Virus record (IMG/VR): IMGVR_UViG_3300048609_000040
Length of the DNA: 21,149 nt
Origin: an uncultured virus (IMG/VR IMGVR_UViG_3300048609_000040)
Taxonomy: Duplodnaviria; Heunggongvirae; Uroviricota; Caudoviricetes
Strand: one strand, 5' to 3'
The notes beneath the pieces were generated by a model. The model was not told the DNA's origin. It ran no database searches and saw only the letters and a program-made list of their open reading frames with translations. Below, piece after piece: positions 1-7,595 of the stretch (positions are counted from its first letter, which is position 1; each line of letters starts with the position of its first letter). The position numbers were made by a program, and so were the translations under genes.

Positions 1-60
1 GCGTCGCTCGCATTCGGCGTAGCAATAGCAACGAGTCTTTACGCAGCACACCAACGGTAA
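1..60 (+). CDS. 3' end of a truncated ORF with a hydrophobic C-terminus (ASLAFGVAIATSLYAAHQR*), possible membrane anchor
   Basis: Frame 1 is open from base 1 to TAA at 58-60, immediately before an AT-rich intergenic region. Not in the ORF track. Confidence 0.45.
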   Translation, partial: ASLAFGVAIATSLYAAHQR

Positions 61-65
61 ATAGC

Positions 66-171
66 TGTATTCCAACACAATTTTAGATGTCATACATAAT
101 ACTTTTATTCTGAATATGTTGACATGCTAGATTGTCTTACTTCCGTACCTAGACGGCTCCGAGGAGCGTCA
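66..171 (+). promoter_or_regulatory. AT-rich promoter region of the left-arm operon, with two TGTAwTACA-like boxes and a leader hairpin
   Basis: TGTATTCCA 66-74 and TGTCATACA 88-96; TTGACA 119-124; extended -10-like TGcTAGATT 125-133; hairpin GCTC-CGAG-GAGC 156-167 covering the RBS GAGGAG. The exact -35/-10 pairing is unclear. Confidence 0.55.
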
Positions 172-173
172 AG

Positions 174-1511
174 ATGGTTTCTGAGAACGCAACAGCTGAG
201 ACTGACAGTTTCTTGATTCCAGCACCCAACTACGAGGCGTTGGAAGCTACGATCGCAAAGCTGGCACGGCGCCAGCAGAAGTTGTCGACGAAAGGGCCGC
301 TCGCTGACACAACCCCAATCGGAATCGTGCGGCTAGGCACCACGATCCTGCCAGCTCTCTGCCGCCATTGTAGACGAGAAAAGGCGCAGCACTACCAGAA
401 TGGTGCCACACTGTCTTGTTGGGACCGCACTACCTACTGGTTTGCTGGTCCCGAACGCGTCTACTACCAAATCCGCGTGACTGGCGCTAGAGCGTACCTC
501 AACGGGTACGAGTTCATCGCTACCCGACAACACGAGGAGGCCGGTGTTATTCTCCGCACTGTCCCGACCGCACAAGTCGCGCGGGGAGAACTTGACCGCT
601 TCCGTAACGTCGAGCCTCACTGTGAACACTGCGAGTTTGTGCGACGGCGCAAAGACACTTTCTTGGTACGGTCTGACGACGGTACGATCAAGCAGGTCGG
701 CCGCAATTGCCTCTCGGCGTACCTTGGGGGAGCTGATCCGCAGGCACTTGCCAAGCTCGCCGAGCTGTTGATCGAAGCTCGCTCAGTCGCTAGTAGCGCT
801 GACGAGTACGACTGGTGTGGCGGTGGTCATGGTGAGCTAACCGCATCGATCGCACAGTTTCTGACTTACGTAGCAACCAGCATTCGGCTCGACGGGTGGG
901 TCTCGCGTGGACAGGCACGTGATCATGGCGACGCTACAGCGACTGCAGACATCGCTTGGCGGGTGTTGTTTCCATTCGGCCCACGCGATCGAGAAGAGGC
1001 ACAGCGTTTTCAAGGGTTGGTCGAGAAACGAGATTATCAGCTCGCCCAAGACGCACTCGCGCGTTGTCGCACTGAGCTGACCGAGCAGACCACGAAGAGC
1101 GACTACGAGCACAATCTTCGTGTCGTCTGCGCCAGCGACATCGTCAAGGCTTCGACTGTTGGGCTTGCTGCCAGTGTCGTATCTTGGTACGAACGCCTTC
1201 TCGGGCGGGAGTTGGCTCGTCAACAGACGACCAAGACTACCAAAGACTCAAAGCATGTCGGTGTTGTCGGTGAGATGATCAATGTCACCGTCGGCGTGCT
1301 CGGAGTCCACGACGGCGACTCTCAATGGGGTGTGTACTACTTTCACAGGCTGCTCGATGACGCCGGCAACGTCTTTGTTTGGCGGTCTACAAAGGAACGC
1401 CTCGACGTTGGATCCCGTTACAAGCTACGTGCCAAAATCAAGGAACACGGCGAGTATAAAGGCACGCTTCAGACCGTTCTCACCCGCGCGCGGGTAAAAG
1501 AGGCCACGTGA
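174..1511 (+). CDS. Conserved-type phage hypothetical protein with Cys/His Zn-binding motifs and a probable C-terminal OB-fold nucleic-acid-binding domain
   Basis: 445-aa ORF with strong RBS (GAGGAG). Motifs CRHC...H...C, CEHC...RRRKDTF...QVGRNC, and a beta-rich C-terminus (SKHVGVVGE...GNVFVW...AKIKEHGEYKG..QTVLTR). Confidence 0.8.
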   Translation: MVSENATAETDSFLIPAPNYEALEATIAKLARRQQKLSTKGPLADTTPIGIVRLGTTILPALCRHCRREKAQHYQNGATLSCWDRTTYWFAGPERVYYQIRVTGARAYLNGYEFIATRQHEEAGVILRTVPTAQVARGELDRFRNVEPHCEHCEFVRRRKDTFLVRSDDGTIKQVGRNCLSAYLGGADPQALAKLAELLIEARSVASSADEYDWCGGGHGELTASIAQFLTYVATSIRLDGWVSRGQARDHGDATATADIAWRVLFPFGPRDREEAQRFQGLVEKRDYQLAQDALARCRTELTEQTTKSDYEHNLRVVCASDIVKASTVGLAASVVSWYERLLGRELARQQTTKTTKDSKHVGVVGEMINVTVGVLGVHDGDSQWGVYYFHRLLDDAGNVFVWRSTKERLDVGSRYKLRAKIKEHGEYKGTLQTVLTRARVKEAT

Positions 1512-1783
1512 AGATCGAAGACAAGACCACGTTCACTTGTTGCGATCACTGCGGGAAACAAGAAGAGACACGCTTCTTTGAAGTCTGTGGAGATAACGGA
1601 GGGCAGATTGCGGTTTGGTTCGGGCTGCCATCTGGCTGGATGAATCTCATCGGCGACCTCTTCTCCAACGAGGGTGAAATCAGAACTGCTTGCTCGTCTA
1701 CGTGCGCAGCTGAGCTGTCGAAGGATTTGGAACAGCAAATGTTAACGTACTGGGCCAAAGAAAAAGCGCTTGACAAGGCCTGA
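1508..1783 (+). CDS. Hypothetical protein with CDHC...CSSTC Zn-finger-like motif
   Basis: GTGA overlap with upstream stop; GAGG RBS; 91 aa. Confidence 0.7.
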   Translation: MKIEDKTTFTCCDHCGKQEETRFFEVCGDNGGQIAVWFGLPSGWMNLIGDLFSNEGEIRTACSSTCAAELSKDLEQQMLTYWAKEKALDKA

Positions 1784-1808
1784 ACGTTTTGTGGAGAAGG
1801 ACCCGTAA

Positions 1809-1994
1809 ATGCGCGTGAAGATCGAAGAGCGGCCAGGCATGCCGCAGTTTGGAGAATTCGTCGGGCTAATCATCGACGAACATGACAACATGCAGGTTGT
1901 GGTTCGGTGCGACGGTTACGGACTGATGCTCAAGTCCCTACACCCGTCGAAGGTCACACCTGTAACGCCCGAACAAGAAGAGCAATACCGATAG
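1809..1994 (+). CDS. Small hypothetical protein (beta-rich, SH3-like pattern)
   Basis: ATG with AAGGA RBS; 61 aa; fits operon packing. Confidence 0.65.
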   Translation: MRVKIEERPGMPQFGEFVGLIIDEHDNMQVVVRCDGYGLMLKSLHPSKVTPVTPEQEEQYR

Positions 1995-2015
1995 GCAGAA
2001 AGGATTCAGCAAGTA

Positions 2016-2471
2016 ATGGTCACCGACGAAATGATGCGAGACGCGCAAAAGGAGCTGGAAGAACTCCGCAGACAGGTTGGTGAACTTGCTGCGCAACTTG
2101 CTGCGCAGAAGCCAGTGCGGCAGATACTGCAAGCAGTTGCTGTTGCAGCCATTGACTTGGCACGGTCCGAGATGGCAGCTAACCGCAAGATCTACGCAAT
2201 CAAAGCACTGCGACAAACCTTCGGCCTTGATCTGAAGGAGGCCAAGGAACGCGTCGAGCAAGACCACTACAATGACCTGCTCCCAGACCAAGACACGGCA
2301 CAACACGTTTTGTTGACTAGGAACCAGGCAGTCTCACTGCTTGAGTCTGTAGATTCGTGTCTTGACGGTTTGATCGGAAGCAGCGCGCTTACGGTACTCC
2401 GCGGAATCGCCAACAGCGTCAGAGAGCAGATTGCAGCCGCTCGTAACGATGAGGTTGAGTCGCAAGGGTGA
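2016..2471 (+). CDS. Protein containing a ribosomal protein bL12 (L7/L12) C-terminal-like domain with an N-terminal coiled coil
   Basis: NRKIYAIKALRQTFGLDLKEAKERVE matches the bL12 CTD signature K-I/V-x-x-I-K-x-x-R-x3-G-L-x-L-K-E-A-K-x-x-V-E; AAAGGA RBS. Confidence 0.75.
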   Translation: MVTDEMMRDAQKELEELRRQVGELAAQLAAQKPVRQILQAVAVAAIDLARSEMAANRKIYAIKALRQTFGLDLKEAKERVEQDHYNDLLPDQDTAQHVLLTRNQAVSLLESVDSCLDGLIGSSALTVLRGIANSVREQIAAARNDEVESQG

Positions 2472-2525
2472 ACCTGCGACGCTCAAACGAGAAGCACAGC
2501 GCCGATGAGTTGGATAAAGGGATCA

Positions 2526-2698
2526 ATGACAACAATCACAAAAGGCACACGAGTCATCGTTCGATCAAACGAAGACGAACCGTTTGCCGTCGGCATCTTT
2601 GTATGGGGATCGTCCGTCCGTACGCTACAGAACTCGCGGCTACGCTTGCCGCTATGACTTCTAGAGAACAGTGGAAGCACTTGTTGGAGGTCAAATGA
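2526..2698 (+). pseudogene. Probable frameshifted or internally deleted small gene (MTTITKGTRVIVRSNEDEPFAVGIF... / ...CMGIVRPYATELAATLAAMTSREQWKHLLEVK)
   Basis: ATG 2526 has an AAAGGGA RBS and a protein-like N-terminus, but that frame stops at 2657. The protein-like C-terminus lies in another frame (end of track ORF 2468..2698) and ends with an ATGA coupling to the next ORF. Confidence 0.35.
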
Positions 2699-2748
2699 CC
2701 AACGCTGAATTGCTCAAGCTTCAAAACGACAAAGCGGGGCAGAAGTGA
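2695..2748 (+). CDS. 17-aa micro-ORF or gene remnant (MTNAELLKLQNDKAGQK)
   Basis: Strong GGAGG RBS; ATGA overlap upstream and GTGA overlap downstream, so coupled on both sides. Confidence 0.4.
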   Translation: MTNAELLKLQNDKAGQK

Positions 2749-2984
2749 AACCAACTATCAAATGGCTACGTGCCGAGATCACACAGCTCATCAAAGAGCT
2801 AAACGAAAACGCTGTAAAAGACCTCGAAAACGCCGAAAAGGCCGAGAAGGCCGATGAAGCCACCAGAAGCGCCGCGTTCTACGCGCGACGCGATTGCGAA
2901 CGGTGTCTGGCGCAAGATCTTCAACGCATCCTCAACGGTCAGACCTGGTTGGAAGCTTTCGAGGACAAGCCGTGCGAATCGTAG
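2745..2984 (+). CDS. Hypothetical helical protein
   Basis: 79 aa; coupled start; coiled-coil-like composition. Confidence 0.65.
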   Translation: MKPTIKWLRAEITQLIKELNENAVKDLENAEKAEKADEATRSAAFYARRDCERCLAQDLQRILNGQTWLEAFEDKPCES

Positions 2985-3184
2985 AAAACAACAACACAAT
3001 CGTCGTCGAGTGTTCTCACTGCAAGTCGAAGTTGGCAGTAGCGATCACCGATATCAGGTACGTCGAAATGGCCCATCACGGTTCTCCGTTCTACATTACC
3101 TGTCTCGCTTGCGGTGTGATTGTTGAAATAGCATCAAATCAGATTCCACCTGACTGGCGACGTAGTCTAGCAGGAGACGACTAA
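2972..3184 (+). CDS. Zinc-ribbon protein (CSHC...CLAC)
   Basis: Start reassigned to GTG 2972 (GAGGA RBS) within track ORF 2894..3184; two CxxC pairs. Confidence 0.7.
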   Translation: MRIVENNNTIVVECSHCKSKLAVAITDIRYVEMAHHGSPFYITCLACGVIVEIASNQIPPDWRRSLAGDD

Positions 3185-3185
3185 G

Positions 3186-3530
3186 ATGCCTTGTGGTGTA
3201 TGTGGAAGTGATGACGGTGTTGCTGGTGTGTACTGCAACGGTTGTCTCGATCTCGACCGCAAGATCGCGTCACAAATCTTCGATCTACTTGTCACACAAG
3301 TGGCCGCAAACGAAGATGATCGCGAGGCGTTTCTCTACGCACAAGCGCAGGGCTGTGTTGAGTGGCGCTTTTGTGGCAGCTTGGGCTTTGGTGGCAAGTT
3401 TTGGAACAATGGGCAGCGTTGGTACATCACCTGCTACCAAGAGGACGAGACATCTGAACGTCGACGAGTGATCATGGAAACCAACGCGGCCCTGGTTGCA
3501 CTGAAAGCACAAATTAGGACGCAACAATGA
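3186..3530 (+). CDS. Phage hypothetical protein (N-terminal CxxC..CxxC; EWRFCGSLGFGGKFW motif)
   Basis: AGGAG RBS; 114 aa; ATGA coupling to next gene. Confidence 0.75.
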   Translation: MPCGVCGSDDGVAGVYCNGCLDLDRKIASQIFDLLVTQVAANEDDREAFLYAQAQGCVEWRFCGSLGFGGKFWNNGQRWYITCYQEDETSERRRVIMETNAALVALKAQIRTQQ

Positions 3531-4261
3531 ACGACTTGCTCAACCGCAACCTGCCCAAATGGCCTCAACTCTACACGACCGGTACACCTGTTACCGTGGA
3601 TCAGGCCCAGGAGATCATCCGACGCACAGACAGCTTTTTCACGTTGGGTTGTGGGGGTAATGATGACGCCTGGGACGCCGACGTGATGCGCCGGTTGGGT
3701 ATGCCGTCAAGCTGGCGACACACCGAATTTGGCACAAGGACTTCCGAGCAAAGACATTTTGAAGTGGCAACTTGGCACCGTGCGTGGCAGTGCGTCGTAA
3801 CCTCCTACGTGAGCAACGACTGGCTGTCGTGTTGCTTCGTTAATGGACCACACGGCTGGTGCCATCCTGACGGTACGATCGGATTCGTTGACAACGTAGG
3901 CAAATGGCCAAGTGTCAACGACGTTCTAGCAGACTGGCAGAAAATCTCGAAAGCATTCCCGTTTTTGGATGTCGGCGCAACACTGTGGAACTGTGAAGAT
4001 TGTCAACGGGAAGATCAGAACCAAAGCGCCGCCCCGATCGTTAGTTTCCAAATTCGTCGTGGGGGCGTCGAAGTTGTTGATCCCGCTACGATCAACGTGC
4101 ATCAAGGTCACGCACCTGCACGACGTAGCGCCAGAGACGACTCGGAAGACGTTGTAATCGCAGGGTTAGTTGCTGGTGATCTAACAGTTGAACACGGTAT
4201 TCCCGCTGAGTGGATCAGACAGTGGGAAGATCGTTTCTTCCCTCGTGGCGGCTCGATGTAG
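3527..4261 (+). CDS. Phage hypothetical protein (LPKWPQ...GPHGWCHPDG...DNVGKWP motifs)
   Basis: 244-aa Trp-rich ORF, coupled start, ends at the AT-rich intergenic region. Confidence 0.8.
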   Translation: MNDLLNRNLPKWPQLYTTGTPVTVDQAQEIIRRTDSFFTLGCGGNDDAWDADVMRRLGMPSSWRHTEFGTRTSEQRHFEVATWHRAWQCVVTSYVSNDWLSCCFVNGPHGWCHPDGTIGFVDNVGKWPSVNDVLADWQKISKAFPFLDVGATLWNCEDCQREDQNQSAAPIVSFQIRRGGVEVVDPATINVHQGHAPARRSARDDSEDVVIAGLVAGDLTVEHGIPAEWIRQWEDRFFPRGGSM

Positions 4262-4381
4262 TTGTTGTAATACCTTAAGTTGTTGTAATACAACGTAAAT
4301 ATTTCGATCACAGTAGCGATCAAAATCGTGAATAGGTCGTTTTGGCCTTCGTCTATGATTTGAAGGCCCCGAGGGGCGTCA
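4260..4381 (+). promoter_or_regulatory. Promoter/operator region of the helicase operon
   Basis: 14-bp direct repeat AGTTGTTGTAATAC at 4260-4273 and 4278-4291; palindrome GTTGTA-A-TACAAC 4282-4294; double-GATC box 4304-4325; -10-like TATGAT 4354-4359; leader hairpin 4362-4381. Confidence 0.65.
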
Positions 4382-4396
4382 GAAAGAAGAGCCAAA

Positions 4397-5851
4397 ATGC
4401 CGAACTGGAGTGAGCAGCAGGAAGCGATTTTCAACTGGTTCCAGAGCGGAGCCGGCAACCTCGTCGTCGTTGCTCGCGCCGGCACCGGCAAGACCACGAC
4501 CGTGCTCGAAGGCGCCAACCGCGCTCCCGAGAAGGCGATCCTGTTCTGCGCCTTCAACAAGAAGATCGCTGACGAGCTGGCCAAGAAGTTGTCCAACCGC
4601 AACGCCGAGGCCAAGACGCTGCACGCGCTCGGCTTCAGCTGCTTGCGGGCTCGTAGCAAGAGCCTGCGCGTTGACGCCCAGCGCGGCTACAAGATCGCCC
4701 GCGATGTCTGCGGCGACAAGTGCCCCGACGACATCGTGGCGCTGGTGGCCAAGTTGGCCTCCCGCGCGAAGGGAATGGCCCCGTTCGCCGCGAAGCACGG
4801 CGACCTCACTGACATCGCCTACGCCCACGACTGCGTACCGGATGAGGAGTGGGAAGACGACGGTTACGACCTCGCTTACGTCGAGGGACACGCTCTCAAG
4901 GCGCTCGAAGTCGCCACCGAACGTGACGGCACAGTCGATTTCGACGACATGGTCTACCTGCCCGTCCGTTGCAGGCTGGTACGTGCCTGCTACGACCTCG
5001 TCATCGTGGACGAAGCACAGGACATGAACGCGGCACAGCTGGTGTTGGCGCTTGGCGCCTGCCGGAAGACCGGTCGGATCGCGGTCATTGGTGACGACCG
5101 ACAGGCGATTTACGGCTTCCGCGGCGCGGACTCGGGCTCAATCGACCGTCTCAAGACCGAGTTGCAGGCAACCACGTTGAAGCTCACGACTACCTACCGC
5201 TGCCCCAAGACCGTCGTCGCCGAGGCCGCCAAGCTGGTCCCCGACTACGAAGCCGCTCTGAGCGCTCCTGACGGTGTCATCACCAGCTTGGGTCAGACCA
5301 AGCTGCCGGAAACGGCTCTCGAAGGAGATTTCATCCTCAGCCGTACCAACGCGCCGCTCGTCTCGTGCTGCCTCAAGTGTCTGCGTCTCGGCAAACGCGC
5401 CAAGATCGAAGGTAAGGACATCGGTGCGGGGCTGCTCTCGCTGGTCAAGAAGCTGGCGACTGGACCGAATCGTGAGTCGATCAGCAACCTCCTGGAAAAG
5501 TTAACGCAGTGGGCTGAGCGTGAAGTCGCTCGCGCCCGCAAGAGCGCTGACCACAACGCCGAGACCCGCATCGCGGCGATCGAGGACCGCGCCGAGACCA
5601 TCCGCGCCCTCGCGGAAGGCCTGGCGAACATCAGCGAGCTGAAGACCCGCCTCGACGAGCTGTTCGAGGACTCGAACGGCAACGCCCCGCGGATCGTCTG
5701 CTCGACCATCCACAAGGCCAAGGGGCTGGAAGCTGGTCGGGTGTTCATCCTGACCGACACCTTCCGCAAGGACGCCACCAGCATCGAAGAGGCCAACATC
5801 CGCTACGTCGCGATCACCCGCGCCCAACGCGAGCTGGTGTGGGTCGCCTAA
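4397..5851 (+). CDS. UvrD/Rep-like superfamily 1 DNA helicase
   Basis: Q motif SEQQEAI; Walker A ARAGTGKTT; Ia AFNK; Ib TLHALG; II DEAQD; III GDDRQAIYGFRGA; IV TYRCP; IVa LSRTN; V STIHKAKGLE; VI YVAITRA. Confidence 0.95.
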   Translation: MPNWSEQQEAIFNWFQSGAGNLVVVARAGTGKTTTVLEGANRAPEKAILFCAFNKKIADELAKKLSNRNAEAKTLHALGFSCLRARSKSLRVDAQRGYKIARDVCGDKCPDDIVALVAKLASRAKGMAPFAAKHGDLTDIAYAHDCVPDEEWEDDGYDLAYVEGHALKALEVATERDGTVDFDDMVYLPVRCRLVRACYDLVIVDEAQDMNAAQLVLALGACRKTGRIAVIGDDRQAIYGFRGADSGSIDRLKTELQATTLKLTTTYRCPKTVVAEAAKLVPDYEAALSAPDGVITSLGQTKLPETALEGDFILSRTNAPLVSCCLKCLRLGKRAKIEGKDIGAGLLSLVKKLATGPNRESISNLLEKLTQWAEREVARARKSADHNAETRIAAIEDRAETIRALAEGLANISELKTRLDELFEDSNGNAPRIVCSTIHKAKGLEAGRVFILTDTFRKDATSIEEANIRYVAITRAQRELVWVA

Positions 5852-6111
5852 TGACGTTGGATGAGTTCATCAACGGCGGTAGTCAGTGGCCCGCCGGTTG
5901 TATGGGGCTGCGTACCAAGCGTGGACACGTTGTCTGGACGACGGCACACTATCCCGATGGGTGCAGTGGTAACCTCGTCTGCCTGTCGCGCATCGTCCAC
6001 GAGAACGGCGAAACATTTAGCCGCACGGCCTACTATGACCGCGACACGGAGATCGTGTTTGTTCCGAGGGTTGCCCAGATTGTCCAGATCGAGCAGCCGT
6101 TGGGAGATTGA
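5851..6111 (+). CDS. Hypothetical protein; its C-terminus is read out of frame from a relic of another gene (see findings)
   Basis: TAATG overlap with the helicase stop gives start 5851 within track ORF 5839..6111. Confidence 0.6.
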   Translation: MTLDEFINGGSQWPAGCMGLRTKRGHVVWTTAHYPDGCSGNLVCLSRIVHENGETFSRTAYYDRDTEIVFVPRVAQIVQIEQPLGD

Positions 6112-6139
6112 GCAAGAGCTTGATCACTGGTCCTTCTAA
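6045..6139 (+). pseudogene. Relic paralog of the Cys-repeat gene at 7299-7538
   Basis: 6055-6090 matches 7333-7368 at 28/36 nt (reads VCSEGCPDCPD). 6101-6130 matches 7497-7526 at 26/30 nt (reads WEIEQELDHW, in a different frame). No start codon; in-frame TGA at 6036. Confidence 0.6.
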
Positions 6140-6149
6140 GGAGCGTCAA

Positions 6150-6767
6150 ATGAGCAAGAAAAGCAAGCAGCAACCGCAGCAGACACAGCCACTCAAGCGG
6201 ACGTATCTGGTTCAGCGATTGTTGAAGCCGTTGCCGAAGACGGACTCGACGTCATTGCTGAAGCTGCTTGACTTCGGCGCTTTTGGCGTTGGTTTGACAA
6301 ATGGTGGCTTCTCAAAGCAGGCTATGCAAGCGCTCAACACCATTTGTCGCTTCGACTACATGGGCGCCAGCGAGTTCGAGTGGGGTGCTGTCCCAAACGC
6401 CTTCAAGACAATGCTGCAAGACAGCGAGAAAAACCCAATCGTATGTCGTGAGTTGCAGATCAACCCGCAAGACGTGCGGATCAAACACAGTCACGACAAC
6501 GGTACGCCCGAACGGGCTACGCCGCAGACGCTTTGGGTCTTCTGTCTCGCGTCCCAAGTCGATTTGGTGCTGGAACGCGTCAAGGCACTCACAGAGATCG
6601 AAGACGAATTCATGTTGTGCGAACGTACAGGTCTCGGACGCATCATCAAGTACAACATCAACGAACCTGTTGTTGGGTGGATCGAATTGGACAACGGCTT
6701 CGTCATCACGCTTGATGCAGCAATGCGCGACGCTTTCGCCGCGCTCTTCTCACAAGGAACGCACTAA
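6150..6767 (+). CDS. Phage hypothetical protein (FDYMGASEFEWGAVP motif)
   Basis: Start reassigned to ATG 6150 with AAGGAG RBS, within track ORF 6108..6767. Confidence 0.8.
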   Translation: MSKKSKQQPQQTQPLKRTYLVQRLLKPLPKTDSTSLLKLLDFGAFGVGLTNGGFSKQAMQALNTICRFDYMGASEFEWGAVPNAFKTMLQDSEKNPIVCRELQINPQDVRIKHSHDNGTPERATPQTLWVFCLASQVDLVLERVKALTEIEDEFMLCERTGLGRIIKYNINEPVVGWIELDNGFVITLDAAMRDAFAALFSQGTH

Positions 6768-7026
6768 TGAAACGCGGAATCATACTAGAAATCGAATGTG
6801 GCGAAACCACCTGCGCCAGCGAGCCTGGACGGTTCTGTAGGTTTTTGGGGCGCCAGAAGTTCGGTTCGATCTCGGTATGCATGTTGTTCCCAGATCCCGA
6901 CGGGCAGGGGAGTGACACCACGCTTCGTGATCAGGATGGCTGGATTCGGCGTTGTCCCGCTTGTATGAACGAGGCGCAGGACATGATGTGCGACGCTTTC
7001 GTCCACAAGGAACGCACCGATGAAAC
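6723..7026 (+). repeat. Imperfect direct repeat of a gene junction flanking the 6767-7036 gene
   Basis: ATG(C/T)GCGACGCTTTCG 6723-6738 vs 6986-7001; CACAAGGAACGCAC 6751-6764 vs 7004-7017; ATGAAAC 6767-6773 vs 7020-7026. Confidence 0.85.
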
Positions 7027-7036
7027 ATCCACGTGA
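6767..7036 (+). CDS. Cys-rich hypothetical protein, probably metal-binding
   Basis: TAATG coupling; AAGGA RBS; C..TC...CRF...C...RCPAC pattern. Confidence 0.7.
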   Translation: MKRGIILEIECGETTCASEPGRFCRFLGRQKFGSISVCMLFPDPDGQGSDTTLRDQDGWIRRCPACMNEAQDMMCDAFVHKERTDETST

Positions 7037-7268
7037 CCGCTTCGCTGAAGACGTCGAACTTGCTACACTCTATCGGGAAAGCTTTCCTGACCTGGATCGA
7101 GGTCGCCTAGGGCTCCTGTTGGAAAGAGAAGGGCTAGGAGTAGATCATTACCTGCATAGCGGACTACCCGATCGAATCGAATACATCAACCGTGTGCTCG
7201 ACAAGATGATCACGGAGAGAGCAAAGGTTGCTGCGTTTGTAGCAATCGATGTGCTCTTCGGAGAATAG
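7020..7268 (+). CDS. Hypothetical protein
   Basis: 82 aa; AAGGA RBS inside the junction repeat. Confidence 0.65.
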   Translation: MKHPRDRFAEDVELATLYRESFPDLDRGRLGLLLEREGLGVDHYLHSGLPDRIEYINRVLDKMITERAKVAAFVAIDVLFGE

Positions 7269-7298
7269 CGCCTACAAACTGCAAAAGTGGAGTGGAGA

Positions 7299-7538
7299 AT
7301 GACAACGCAAGAAATCGATCACGCCAAGCACGGTGTCTGTTCCGAAGGTTGTGAAGACTGTCCCAATCAAAAGGTACGCTACGAGATTGAGCGTATGAGA
7401 CAACAAGAGATCGAGCACCGTAAGCACGGTGTTTGCTCCAGAGGCTGTGGGGACTGTCCAGATCAACTAGCTGCCCACGAACGCGAAGTTGTCAACTGGG
7501 AGATCGAGCAAGAGCTTGACCGTTGGGGTTGGTGGTAG
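7299..7538 (+). CDS. Small protein with two QEIxHxKHGVCSxGCxDCP repeats (His/Cys metal-binding)
   Basis: Start ATG 7299 with GGAG RBS; repeats QEIDHAKHGVCSEGCEDCPNQ and QEIEHRKHGVCSRGCGDCPDQ. Confidence 0.75.
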   Translation: MTTQEIDHAKHGVCSEGCEDCPNQKVRYEIERMRQQEIEHRKHGVCSRGCGDCPDQLAAHEREVVNWEIEQELDRWGWW

Positions 7539-7595
7539 TAGTTACCCAGATACTGGGTAGGTGTCGAAGACGTGCTCGATTGAAAGGGCTAATGT

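Noticed and set aside
4297..4325. CRP or FNR site suggested by the GATCACA / ATCAA half-sites
   Set aside because: The matching upstream half-sites (TGTGA-N6, TTGAT-N4) are absent; the element is a direct repeat, not those palindromes.
4108..5827. Several long antisense and alternate-frame ORFs over the helicase (4108..4659, 4379..4891, 4410..5027, 5293..5799)
   Set aside because: Expected shadows of a GC-rich, strongly codon-biased gene; no motifs or RBS.
7543..7559. Short hairpin TACCCAG-ATA-CTGGGTA after gene 7299-7538
   Set aside because: 7-bp stem, 3-nt loop and no U-tract; too weak to call a terminator.
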